DNA of 64,000 nucleotides from Nemertoderma westbladi (taxonomy: Eukaryota; Animalia; Xenacoelomorpha): positions 1 to 64,000 of the forward strand of contig JAUCBJ010006873.1 of NCBI GenBank assembly GCA_032718475.1, given 5' to 3'. This document shows positions 34,125 to 46,040 of this stretch, piece by piece. The notes beneath the pieces are model-generated. The model searched no databases. It was given only the letters and a program-made list of their open reading frames with translations, and had not been told where the DNA came from. A program made the position numbers and the translations under genes. Position 1 is the stretch's first letter. Each line of letters opens with the position of its first letter.

Positions 34125-35135
34125 AGAAAGCAATGAAACATGAGGTAACTTGGTCAGCATGTAAAAAAGCAATGAAACCTGATGTAACTTGGTCAGAATC
34201 TAAAAAAGCAATGAAACATGATTTAACTTGGTGAATATGTAAAAAAGCAATGAAACATGAGGTAACTTGCTCAACATGTAAAATAGTAATGAAACATGAG
34301 GTAACTTGGTCAGCATGTATAAAAGCAATGAAACATGAGGTAACATGGTCAACATGTAAAAAAGCAATGAAACTTGAGGTAACTTGGTCAGCATGTAAAC
34401 AAGTAATGAAACATGAGGTAACTTGGTCAACATGTAAAAAGCAATGAAACATGAGGTAACATGGTCAACATGTAAAAAAGCAATGAAACTTGAGGTAACT
34501 TGGTCAGCATGTAAAAAAGCAATGAAATCTGAGGTAACTTGGTCAGAATGTAAAAAAGCAATGAAACATGATTTAACTTGGTGAATATGTAAAAAAGCAA
34601 TGAAACTTGAGGTAACTTGGTCAGCATGTAAACAAGTAATGAAACATGAGGTAACTTGGTCAACATGTAAAAAGCAATGAAACATGAGGTAACATGGTCA
34701 ACATGTAAAAAAGCAATGAAACTTGAGGTAACTTGGTCAGCATGTAAAAAAGCAATGAAATCTGAGGTAACTTGGTCAGAATGTAAAAAAGCAATGAAAC
34801 ATGATTTAACTTGGTGAATATGTAAAAAAGCAATGAAACATGAGGTAACTTGCTCAACATGTAAAATAGTAATGAAACATGAGGTAACTTGGTCAGCATG
34901 TATAAAAGCAATGAAACATGAGGTAACATGGTCAACATGTAAAAAAGCAATGAAACTTGAGGTAACTTGGTCAGCATGTAAACAAGTAATGAAACATGAG
35001 GTAACTTGGTCAACATGTAAAAAGCAATGAAACATGAGGTAACATGGTCAACATGTAAAAAAGCAATGAAACTTGAGGTAACTTGGTCAGCATGTAAAAA
35101 AGCAATGAAACTTGAGGTAACTTGGTCAGCATGTA
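34125..35135. repeat. 39-bp minisatellite (~26 copies) with multi-unit block duplications
   Basis: Unit AAAAGCAATGAAACATGAGGTAACTTGGTCAGCATGTAA; variant order recurs (34200-34550 vs 34783-35133). Confidence 0.95.
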
Positions 35136-35147
35136 GATATCCGTTAA

Positions 35148-36677
35148 CCCTATTAGTACCGGGCTATAAAATGTTGTACAAATACCGGGAGGGGGTCATA
35201 TTGACCCCCCCCCCTCTAAAATCTACAAATATTTACGAAAACGTCTGATTTTTTGTTTGTAAGTACGTATCACTTGTCTGGATCCGACCGAAAAAAAAAA
35301 TTTTCGAAAAAATGTACTGGGGTGGTTATATTGCAGCACCAAAATTACAAGTAGTGCACAATTTTCACCAAATTTGAAAGTTACATTTTCGGCTAATTAT
35401 TTTTCAATACAGGTTTTCTGGGGTGTAAAATACATTGGTAAATATTAAAAAATGATATGATTACTATAAATGGCTGTTTAGTCCTCTCTGCGTAGGAAAA
35501 AAATGAAAAAAACAAGTAACCAGCACTTTTCAGTTAGAACACAAAATTTTTAATTCACTTATACGATGCTATAAATTCACATTTTCAGGTTTTCGAGGGC
35601 GCTAATATGCTAGATCATTGCTACTTGTATTTTTCGGCGTAATTTGGCAAATTTTGGTGCTAGCACCAAATTTCGTACCCATCACCAAAAAGTACAAGTT
35701 TGCAATGTCCAGTGCAGTTTTTATTGATTCCATCGGATTCAGGACCCTCATAAACCTGTATAACGCAAGAAACAAGGTGATACTATCTACTTATCAATTT
35801 GCATATTTTCCAAAATTTGGTGCTGGCACAACAATTTTCACCCACCGGCGAAAAATACAAGTTTGACAACTCTTATGAAATTTTTACTGATTCCATTGAA
35901 TTCAGAACCATCACAAACCTGTATAACGCAAGAAACAAGGTGACACAATCAATTGATATATTTGATGGTTTTCAAAATTTGGTGCTATCACCACATTTTG
36001 CACCCACATCCGAAAAATACAAGTTTGAGATGTCTAGTTCGATAATTATATTTTCCATTGAATTCAGAACAGCCATAAACCTCTAAAACGCAAGAAATAA
36101 ATTCTCACAAGCAATTTTATCTATTGAATGGATTTTCAAAATTTCGTGCTAGCACCAAAATTTGCACACAGCACCGAAAAATACAAGTTTGATACGCTTG
36201 GTGCAACTCGTATATATTTCTTCGAATCCAGAAACCCAAAAAACCCCAATTGCGTAAAAAACAAGTTTCAAACGATCAATTTACAAAATTGACTTATTTC
36301 AAAATTTGGTGCTGGCACCAAAATTTGGCACCCACCGAAAAAAACAAGTTTAAAATTTCTAAATCAATTTATATGAATTCCATCAAATTTCTAACACCAA
36401 AATACCCGTGTAAATAAAAAATAGAGATGTTACAATTCATATTTAATGAAATGTAATTTTCAAAAAACGTCTCAAAAAAAGTGCCAAAAGTAGGGTTAAA
36501 AAATGGTGCTATAACTCGAAAAGTACCCAATATTTTTGAAAACGGTTTTCACTACTAGGAAGACAATAGATTTTTAGGAAAAGTCATAAAATTTCAGATT
36601 CCCAACTGCGTTTGTTTCAGAATTATAATAAAAAAACCACGGGAGGGGTCATATTGACCCCCCCCCCCGGGTTTAAT
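35148..36677. mobile_element. piggyBac-like non-autonomous element, copy 1 (right TIR cut off)
   Basis: TTAA|CCCTATTAGTACCGGG start; near-identical to 39353-40906; ends CCCGGGTTTAAT where the Sola-like TIR begins. Confidence 0.85.
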
Positions 36678-37659
36678 CGTGGGGCGGGTGGTAAAACGTC
36701 CTAAGTCTAAAAAAGTTGTTCTGAGAAAACACGTTTTTTGTTTACTATTTTAACAAAAATGCACATTTACACTGTTTTATTTCTCTTTCTAACTTTAAAA
36801 GGGTGTTGAATCGTTTTCTGATACCAGAAATACAGATAAACAGCCTCCTTGTAGGGCTTTTTGACAAATTTGCAACATAGGACGTTTTACCAATTTATAT
36901 TTTAATGCGACATAGGACATTATATAACCAATCTTTTTTATGTTTATAACATAGGACGTTTTACCAACTTAAATATTTATGCGACATAGGACATTTTACA
37001 AACTTTTTTCCAAGAAGTTTCGCAAAGCCCCCCCCCCCCCCCCCCCCCTCCCCTCCGAATTATTAGGAGTAATATACAATTATACAAAGAAATGTTTTGT
37101 TGTTGTTTAATATTTATTGTTATTTTTCAATAGTTGTATTGTTTATAACAAAATTATCTAAAGATAAACCAACATAAAGTTTAATCACTTTCAATTTCGT
37201 CATTTCCCGCAACTATGATATCATCATTCACGAATTGAGATTCCGACAGTGTTTCGTAATATGCCCCGTTTGTTTTTTATATAAGACCTTGTTGGCAAAT
37301 ATCAAGTAAATCTTTTTTTTTTCTTTAGACTAATCTTACGGGGACCAGTGAAAGCTAGAGACAGAGATGGGAGATTCTTACCTGCTGCATAAACTTCTTT
37401 ACCTGTAGCTTTTCCTTTAAAATTTTGCTTTTTCCCCTTTCCTTTACTACGTAGATTGCATCTGTCTCCAACTTTAGTTTCAACTTTTGGTTTAATTTCA
37501 ACAACTTTAAATGGTTCATCCTCACTAAAGCTGTATTTAAACTGAATGATGTTAGTATTTGTTTTCTGAAACCTCATCCATTTGACCTTAAGCCAGTTAA
37601 CATACTGTTTTTTCTGTTTTTTACAGCTCCGTTTATTTGCCGTTCATTACCAATTTGGT

Positions 37660-38900
37660 CACCGAACTGTTCACCATTACATTCACCAATACGTCCACCC
37701 CTTTCTTCAACGACCTGTTCACCCTCCGTCCACCAATACATCAACCCCTTTGTTCAACGACCTGTTTACCACACCGTCCACCAATACATCCACCCATTTG
37801 TTCAACGACCTGTTCATCACTCCGTCCACCAATAAGTCCACCCCTTTCTTCACCGACCTGTTCAAAACTCCGATCCACCAATACATCCACCCCTTTCTTC
37901 AACGACCTGTTCACCACTCCGTCCACCAATACATCCACCCCTTTGTTCAACGTCCTGTTCCTGTTCATCACTCCATCCACCAATAAATCTACCCCTTTCT
38001 TCACCGACCTGTTCACCACTCCGTCCACCAATACATCCACCCCTTTGTTCAACGTCCTGTTCCTGTTCATCACTCCGTCCACCAATAAGTCTACCCCTTT
38101 CTTCACCGACCTGTTCAAAACTCCGTCCACCAATACATCCACCCCTTTGTTCAACGACCTGTTCACCACTCCGTCCACCAATACATCCACCCCTTTGTTC
38201 AACGACCTGTTGACCACTCCGTCCACCAATACATCTACCCCTTTGTTCAACGACCTGTTCACCACTCCGTCCACCAATAAGTCTACCCCTTTCATCACCG
38301 ACCTGATCAAAACTCCGTCCACCAATACATCCACCCTTTTCTTCAACGACCTGTTCACCACTCCATCCACCAATACATCCACCCCTTTGTTCAACGACCT
38401 GTTCACAACTCCGTACACCAATACATCCACCCCTTTGTTCAACGACCTGTTCACAACTCCGTCCACCATTAAGTCTACCCTTTTCTTCACCGACCTGTTC
38501 ACCACTCCGTCCACCAATACATCCACCCCTTTGTTCAACGACCTGTTCACAACTCCGTCCACCATTAAGTCTACCCTTTTCTTCACCGACCTGTTCACCA
38601 CTCCATCCACCAATACATCCACCCCTTTGTTCAACGACCTGTTGACCACTCCGTCCACCAATAAGTCTACCCCTTTCTTCACCGACCTGTTCACCACTCC
38701 GTCCACCAATACATCCACCCCTTTGTTCAACGACCTGTTCACAACTCCGTCCACCAATAAGTCTACCCCTTTCTTCACCGACCTGTTCAAAACTCCGTTC
38801 ACCAATACATCCACCCCTTTCTTCAATGACCTGTTCACCACTCCGTCCACCAATACATCCACCCCTTTCTTCAACGACCTGTTCACCACTACATTCACCT
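37660..38900. repeat. 48-bp minisatellite (~25 copies) inside the transposase coding region
   Basis: Unit CCACCAATACATCCACCCCTTTGTTCAACGACCTGTTCACCACTCCGT; reads EQVVEQRGGCIGGRSG in the transposase frame. Confidence 0.92.
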
Positions 38901-39352
38901 ATTCGTTCACACCTTCGCTCACCATTCACCTGTCCACCACTCCCTACACCAACCTCTACACTGATCTGTTTTTCGACTGTATCATTGACACTAATGTCAC
39001 TTATTACACGACGGTTAACAATAAGAACCTTACATAGTTTCTTGAAATCGTAGATATCACTTTGTTTTAACCAAGTGATCTTATATGGATTATTTCGCCT
39101 CGCTCCCAGAATTATATTTGTCCAATCATTAGGAACTTCTACTACCTGATTAGATTTAGCATACTCTATTGCGGAGTGCATGCTGTCCCCTTCCATATAG
39201 CTATGTCCACTTTCGATTTTTATCTTTGAATTAGTTCTGTCTAGAATACTAAACATTGCGACATTTTGGTCTTTCTGGAATCACTAAATGCCATTCAGCA
39301 ACAAATACTAACTATTAATAGTAATGGAACTCCTGTCTTGACTGACCTTTAA

Positions 39353-40906
39353 CCCTATTAGTACCGGGCTATAAAATGTTGTACAAATACCGGGAGGGGG
39401 TCATATTGACCCCCCCCTCTAAAATCTACAAATATTTACGAAAACGTCTGATTTTTTGTTTGTACGTAGGTATCACTTGTCTGGATCCGACCGAAAAAAA
39501 AAATTTTCGAAAAAATGTACTGGGGTGGTTATATTGCAGCACCAAAATTACAAGTAGTGCACAATTTTCACCAAATTTGAAAGTTACATTTTCGGCTAAT
39601 TATTTTTCAATACAGGTTTTCTGGGGTGTAAAATACATTGGAAAATATTAAAAAATGATATGATTACTATAAATGGCTGTTTAGTCCTCTCTGCGTAGGA
39701 AAAAAATGAAAAAAACAAGTAACCAGCACTTTTCAGTTAGAACACAAAATTTTTAATTCACTTATACGATGCTATAAATTCACATTTTCAGGTTTTCGAG
39801 GGCGCTGATTCTAATGGAATACATTTCTAATATGCTAGATCATTGCTACTTGTATTTTTCGGCGTAATTTGGCAAATTTTGGTGCTAGCACCAAATTTCG
39901 TACCCATCACCAAAAAGTACAAGTTTGCAATGTCCAGTGCAGTTTTTATTGATTCCATCGGATTCAGGACCCTCATAAACCCGTATAACGCAAGAAACAA
40001 GGTGATACTATCTACTTATCAATTTGCATATTTTCCAAAATTTGGTGCTGGCACAACAATTTTCACCCACCGGCGAAAAATACAAGTTTGACAACTCTTA
40101 TGAAATTTTTACTGATTCCATTGAATTCAGAACCATCAAAAACCTGTATAACGCAAGAAACAAGGTGACACAATCAATTGATATATTTGATGGTTTTTAA
40201 AATTTGGTGCTAGCACCACATTTTGCACCCACATCCGAAAAATACAAGTTTGAGATGTCTAGTTCGATAATTATATTTTCCATTGAATTCAGAACAGCCA
40301 TAAACCTCTAAAACGCAAGAAATAAATTCTCACAAGCAATTTTATCTATTGAATGGATTTTCAAAATTTCGTGCTAGCACCAAAATTTGCACACAGCACC
40401 GAAAAATACAAGTTTGATACGCTTGGTGCAACTCGTATATATTTCTTCGAATCCAGAAACCCAAAAAACCCAATTGCGTAAAAAACAAGTTTCAAACGAT
40501 CAATTTACAAAATTGACTTATTTCAAAATTTGGTGCTGGCACCAAAATTTGGCACCCACCGAAAAAAAACAAGTTTAAAATTTCTAAATCAATTTATATG
40601 AATTCCATCAAATTTCTAACACCAAAATACCCGTGTAAATAAAAAATAGAGATGTTACAATTCATATTTAATGAAATGTAATTTTCAAAAAACGTCTCAA
40701 AAAAAGTGCCAAAAGTAGGGTTAAAAAATGGCGCTATAACTCGAAAAGTACCCAATATTTTTGAAAACGGTTTTCACTACTAGGAAGACAATAGATTTTT
40801 AGGAAAAGTCATAAAATTTCAGATTCCCAACTGCGTTTGTTTCAGAATTATAATAAAAAAAACACGGGAAGGGTCATATTGACCCCCCCCCCCGGGTTTA
40901 ATAGGG
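39353..40906. mobile_element. piggyBac-like non-autonomous element, copy 2 (complete, TTAA TSD)
   Basis: TTAA|CCCTATTA...TAATAGGG|TTAA; GGGTCATATTGACCCC near both ends; internal ~120-bp diverged repeats (AAAATTTGGTGCTAGCACC). Confidence 0.9.
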
Positions 40907-41309
40907 TTAACGTGACAAAACGTCCTATGTTTCACTTTTAATTTGTTATTTGTAATCGTTTTTTCGACTTAGGACAACTTACCACCTTAAGTATAAAGTT
41001 AGGACGTTTTACCATCCGTAGCCTTAACTTAGGACAACTGAAAATTTGCAAATAACTCCGTTAAACTGTTATTTTATCACTAATCCTTTGGTAGAAAGGA
41101 GGAAAATTCAATTTTATACCCGATTCACTCAAAACATGAATTTTGAGAAAATTTGACTTAGGACGTTTTACCACCCGCCCCACGATATGGGAAAACTACT
41201 TACGCCAATTTCATATAAATTTAAATAAATATTGCCCAAGTAACTAAAATTAATTCCCGATATAAGAATTTTACAAAACAAAAATATTTTCTTAGAAAAA
41301 AACATAATA

Positions 41310-41375
41310 TAGGGGATTGAACCCGGTTTCTCGAATTCCAAGTCCAACGCTCTACCGAGAGAGTAAAAGCGCAAC
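41310..41375 (-). mobile_element. tRNA-like SINE head or pseudogene
   Basis: Minus strand CTCTCTCGGTAGAGCGTTGGACTTGGAA...GGGTTCAATCCCC; poor acceptor stem. Confidence 0.45.
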
Positions 41376-42234
41376 AATGTATCAAATGAGCAAAAGCAAA
41401 GTGGAGATCAACAACAACAATACCAACAACAAACGGAGTGGCTACTAGAGGTCTCGTCGCTAAGTGGACCTAAAAATAGAGGTCTATTTCAGTTTGCCCT
41501 TGGACGCATTAATTGCAATTAGTAAAGCTACTAACTAGTTCGCCCTCTAGCGGGAAACGTTACAGTGCAGATGGAATACCGTCGCACGATGAGGACAAGA
41601 TTCAGCTTAAATAGATTAAAATCACATAGATGGTAACTGGTTTACACTTTCAGACATTTTGCTCTCTAGCGGCAGACTGCAGAACTGCAGATGGATCTCT
41701 TCCTCGCAAAGACGCAGCGTGGTTTAGTAGATATGCAAACCATATTGACCAATGTCCCGCACGTGATAGTTGAGATTTGTCGAATTTTTAAATTAAGTTT
41801 GAGAATTCGCCATATTGATGATTAGAAAGAAAGATAATTTCTGCATGTGAAAGTGAATCCCGCCCTAAGTGCTCCAAAAATTTATTGACCGTTATTGAAA
41901 GAAGCATTCCAAAATGTAAAAATTGAGTATTAATTTATGTCACGAATGGGAAATTTATAAATTTATTTTCGTACTTATGACCATATTCTTGAAAATTTGA
42001 AGTATTAGTTGTAAATAAATCGTTCGAATAAGTCATTTAACTATCGTCATCCTCATAAGAGATTATTGAATACCACAAGTAATTGTCGCTGGCATTGGAT
42101 TGTTATATTGTGACACAGAAGCTCAGGTATTCTATTCTCACCAGATGGAGAAACTGAGTTTTTTAATTAATTGTAGTGTCAAAAGACGCGCAAGACTAAG
42201 CTCTTTCAGTTCAATCCGGATTGCATATAAATGC

Positions 42235-42662
42235 AACAAAGACCGAATTCATGACTTTGATGCGGATGGTAACTTGACAAATGACAACCATTGATAATAA
42301 TCAACTAAGGAAGGTCGATGACTTCCAGTACCTTGGATCACGGATAGAGAGAAGCAAAAAAGAAGTTAGGAAAGCAAAGGCTTGGGTAGCTCTATCAAAA
42401 ATGGATACCATCTGGAAATCAGATCTCTCCAGGCACCTGAAGACTAAGTTCTTTCAAGTCACAGTGAAAAGTGTATTTTTATACGGGGGTTAGACCTGGA
42501 CACTGACTAAATCACTTGAACACCGAATTGATGGTTTCTACACAAGACTACTAAGGGCAGCCCTAAACATCAGCTGGAGACAACACATGACAAACGCCGA
42601 GCTTTATGGTACACTACCACCTGTATCAACCACCCTCCGTGAACGCAGATTAAGACTTTGCC
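42235..42662 (+). mobile_element. 3' fragment of a second RTE LINE family
   Basis: VDDFQYLGS...KAWVALSKMDTIWKS...FLYGG*TWTLTK...LNISWRQHMTNAELYG...RERRLRL. Confidence 0.8.
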
Positions 42663-42752
42663 GTAAAAAGTTGTGTTAAATATATTTTTTCCTGATTAAC
42701 AATGTGATACATAAAACTGTTGCATATGGTAAACTGAGAAACGATATTTTAT

Positions 42753-42955
42753 ATCAAACAATTCATTTGAAAATTCAAATGGACAGTTTTGGATGTCATG
42801 TATGGGACATATTGATTAGGTATTGAAAGGAATTTACATGAAAATGATTATTTATAATAATCATTTTCATGTAAATTCCTTTCAATACCTAATCAATATG
42901 TCCCATACATGACATCCAAAACTGTCCATTTGAATTTTCAAATGAATTGTTTGAT
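42753..42955. repeat. Perfect palindrome: 100-bp arms, 3-nt spacer
   Basis: 42753-42852 is the exact reverse complement of 42856-42955; loop TAT. Confidence 0.95.
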
Positions 42956-43346
42956 TATCATTATATTTATTAACAATTATTGTTAGCAACATATATTTTT
43001 ATTTTAAAACAAATAAAAAAAATGCTTCAAACAACTCTTCCGTACGAGGATTAAAATCCAGCTAATCGTCCTCCCCACTCCCAAATCCCATCCCAATCCC
43101 AACTTCCTCCCACTCGCAACTACTACAGTACGGACCCAATCTCAAAAGCCCTTCCACAAATAGATAATTTGGTAATTAATTAATTTGGTCTATTCCTATT
43201 GTCAATTAAGGGGGAGGAGCAGGTTACAGTGCTGAGTATGTATGTTCTATAACAAAAATAATGAATTATTTTATTATGGTATGTGATGTGTATTGTGAAC
43301 TGTAGTGTGTGTGTGGGGCGAGCCACACAAGTCCATGAGACCCTTA

Positions 43347-43564
43347 GCGTAGTCGAACCATTAGTGAACCGCCCGTCGTCGTTGTTGTCGAAAATGTTTG
43401 ACCGCTAATTAAGTCGGTTAATCTTTGATAAAATGGCACCAAACTTCGTACCATGTAGTCAATCAAAAGTTCAGAACTTATACACACAGACAGACATATA
43501 TGGGTTCATCTGTCTACCGCTAGGGGTCGAATGACTAGACGGTTCACTAATTGTTCCTCTACGC
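43347..43564. mobile_element. Probable MITE (imperfect inverted repeats)
   Basis: GCGTAGTCGAACCATTAGTGAACCG vs CGGTTCACTAATTGTTCCTCTACGC. Confidence 0.5.
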
Positions 43565-43662
43565 AAAAGCTCACCTGGACTTAAAGTGCTGCGCGAAGTC
43601 CCCACGTACGTCTATAATCTAGAAAAATAAACTAAATTTGGATACAATGAATTATAGATTAC

Positions 43663-43770
43663 CTGTTGCGACTTTGAGTATGGCCTGTAGAGTGCTCACA
43701 TCCGTACTGTCCAACGTAGCAGCAGCCTGTTGAATCAGCATCAGTTGACCTTCTGTTATCCCTTCACAGT
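43663..43770 (-). CDS. Candidate 108-nt phase 1-1 exon
   Basis: ttggcag| and |gtaatc boundaries; open as (D)CEGITEGQLMLIQQAAATLDSTDVSTLQAILKVAT; phase fits the donor at 59993. Confidence 0.35.
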
Positions 43771-44115
43771 CTGCCAAATTGACAAAACAATCACTGAACT
43801 TCATTAAATATTGCACGATTTACAAACACTTAAACATGAATTAAAAACTTACCTGATTAAGTTAATGAAGTATAAATAACTCGAACTATTTGCCTACATG
43901 ACCTACCGCCAATATTAGTACGACAGATATTGCATTACACCTTGCATGGAGGTATATAGACAATGTTTTATATGATTCGGGTAGATAAAATCCTTGTCAT
44001 AAATAATCCGACTGATGGCCAACTGGCATCATTGAGGATTTTCCTATAACTTACTAAATACTTCAACACCGGATCTCGACTTTATATGCAAAAGCAATAC
44101 GATTTTCGGTCGCAC

Positions 44116-44331
44116 CGAAAATGGCAAAAATGGCAGCCTCATGGAGTGAATAAGCATGGTGGACAGCCCATGACTTTCTTGAGACGCATCTTAAAAGACA
44201 CTGGCCTTGAAGATGCGGATGATCTAGCAAATGTCATGGGTGATAGGGAGTTGTGGCGGTGCAATTTTGTCGATAAGCCGGCACAGCATTCTTAAAAATG
44301 CAGCTGCAATGCAGCATGCCGATCCTAGTAG
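44116..44331 (+). mobile_element. 5'-truncated copy of the RTE LINE at 11059-14734
   Basis: 44131-44331 matches ~14532-14733; TSD TCGGTCGCAC at 44106-44115 and 44332-44341. Confidence 0.9.
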
Positions 44332-44859
44332 TCGGTCGCACAAGGGTGTGTTCCAGAACGTTTTTACTCACTATTATTCCAATGGGAACAGCCCCTATTT
44401 AAGTGCTGCTATGTTATAGCTGCTATATTATATATATGTTATAGTGTGCTATATCGTAACCATGGTGAAATTGTGTAGTCAAATCAATTTTAAAAAATAA
44501 TTGAATAACCTAAACTTCAGTGCATTAACTTCAATCCCAAATTCCTGGCTATGTATCTTAATAATTTAAAAACCATTCCAAAATTGCAACGTGTATTACA
44601 TAATACTTTACTTTACTTTACATAATCGTTTACAGCAATAATATGTCCATCATGTGAGGTGTGACTGAAATAAAAATTGTCATAAAAGTGCGCCATAAGA
44701 TGGTGATTCCGGTGATGCTAGTTCAATTGTAATGGAAACCCGTACCTGTCCTGTTTGTTCAATTATAGAAAAATATGGAAGCAAGCGGATGAATTGTATT
44801 AACCGTCGTTAGGGATAATTTATTAAATTTATTGCTAATTGCGCAAAATAAGTCATCCC

Positions 44860-46040
44860 CTGATTCACATAGGGTCGTTACTTAGCTGTCTGTTTAAGGT
44901 GTACACTACGATTCTATTCAACTGCCTTTAATCATGGGCAGAAGACAGCGAACTGTCAATACGGGTTCCGTAAAGGCAGGTCAACTGTTATGGTGGTGCG
45001 ATGTCTACTTTCTTCCGTGTCATCTTCCTTGGTAGCACCCAGTGGTGACATGTATTATATTTGCATTGACTTCACCAAAGCTTTCGATTCAGTGGACCGA
45101 CGTCTTCTCTGTGTTAAACTACAAAATCTCGGAGTAAGTACGAAGTTTATAAAGGCCATAATGGGCGCTCATTGCTGTAAACTTTATTTGTATCTGTGTG
45201 GTTGTGGTCTTGTTGACTCTATTACCCAAATGGTTGGTATCATCATCATCCAATGATATAAATTGTCGCCTCTTTTACTCTGCTTGATGATTCCAGATCT
45301 CCCAGCAGCAGTCTTCACAGCGTGAGTCCTCCTTCTTCTTTATGCTGACGACCTAGCCATTTACGGAAATTATCTAAAAGACGTCCAAGCAGCACTAGAC
45401 AAACTATCTAAATACTGCGACGAAAATAAACTAACTGTAAACATGACGACAACAAAGGCCATTAAATTCAGAAGGGGAGGAGGGAGGCTCGCCCAGTCCG
45501 ATAATTTAACTTATAGGTGTCAACCGTTTTTCCTATCTCGGGGTGGTATTGTCAACAAAAAATTTGCCTAGCGCACACTTCGACCACCTAAATAGTAGAG
45601 GTATCGCCTCCTGCCTGAGAGTTCCATATAAAGTCAACTTAAAATCTGTTTCGCTTGAGAGTGCCAATAAACTTTGGTCTGCTGTAATTCTACCGGCTAC
45701 AGTTTTCAGTTGTGAAATTGATTGTGGAATTGCAATAGATGACATTATATGACCTTGCCTCATGTTCATAAAGTACGAGGTTACTTCTACAAAATATGGT
45801 GCGGCATTGCCAAGTATAGCTCCACTAGCAGAATCCTTGAGGTGGTCAACTCGCCTGACGACGCCCAGATAGACTTGCGATATTTGTCCCAACAAAGACG
45901 AGTAGCAGCACAGTTCCTCTCTAACTCCTACCACCATAAGCTGTGCAGCTCACGTAGCTGTTGGCGACCGACACCGTCGCGTATGTCGCCTCTGCGGAGG
46001 ATCAGCCGAAGAATTTTCACACTGTTCGTCTTGCCCCAAT
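44860..46040 (+). mobile_element. Decayed, 5'-truncated non-RTE LINE (RT plus C-terminal Cys/His region)
   Basis: QYGFRKGRST, IDFTKAFDSVDR, LLYADDLAI, LSKYCDENKLTVN, YLGV; Cys/His-rich end (HHKLC..C / CRLCG...H...CP). Confidence 0.8.

Larger units (their letters stand above)
36678..41184 (-). mobile_element. Sola-like DNA transposon, defective, with ~30-bp TIRs
   Basis: TIR CGTGGGGCGGGTGGTAAAACGTCCTAAGTC / GACTTAGGACGTTTTACCACCCGCCCCACG; subterminal TAGGACGTTTTACCA repeats; transposase motifs GHSYMEGDSMHSAIE, ARRNNPYKI, VNWLKVKWMRF, ISLKKKK; N-terminal part missing. Confidence 0.75.

Noticed and set aside
34099-35248. Repetitive hydrophobic ORFs
   Set aside because: Translations of the 39-bp minisatellite with 1-nt indels
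37637-39037. 466-aa Thr/Pro-rich mucin-like ORF
   Set aside because: Antisense reading of the 48-bp minisatellite within the transposase
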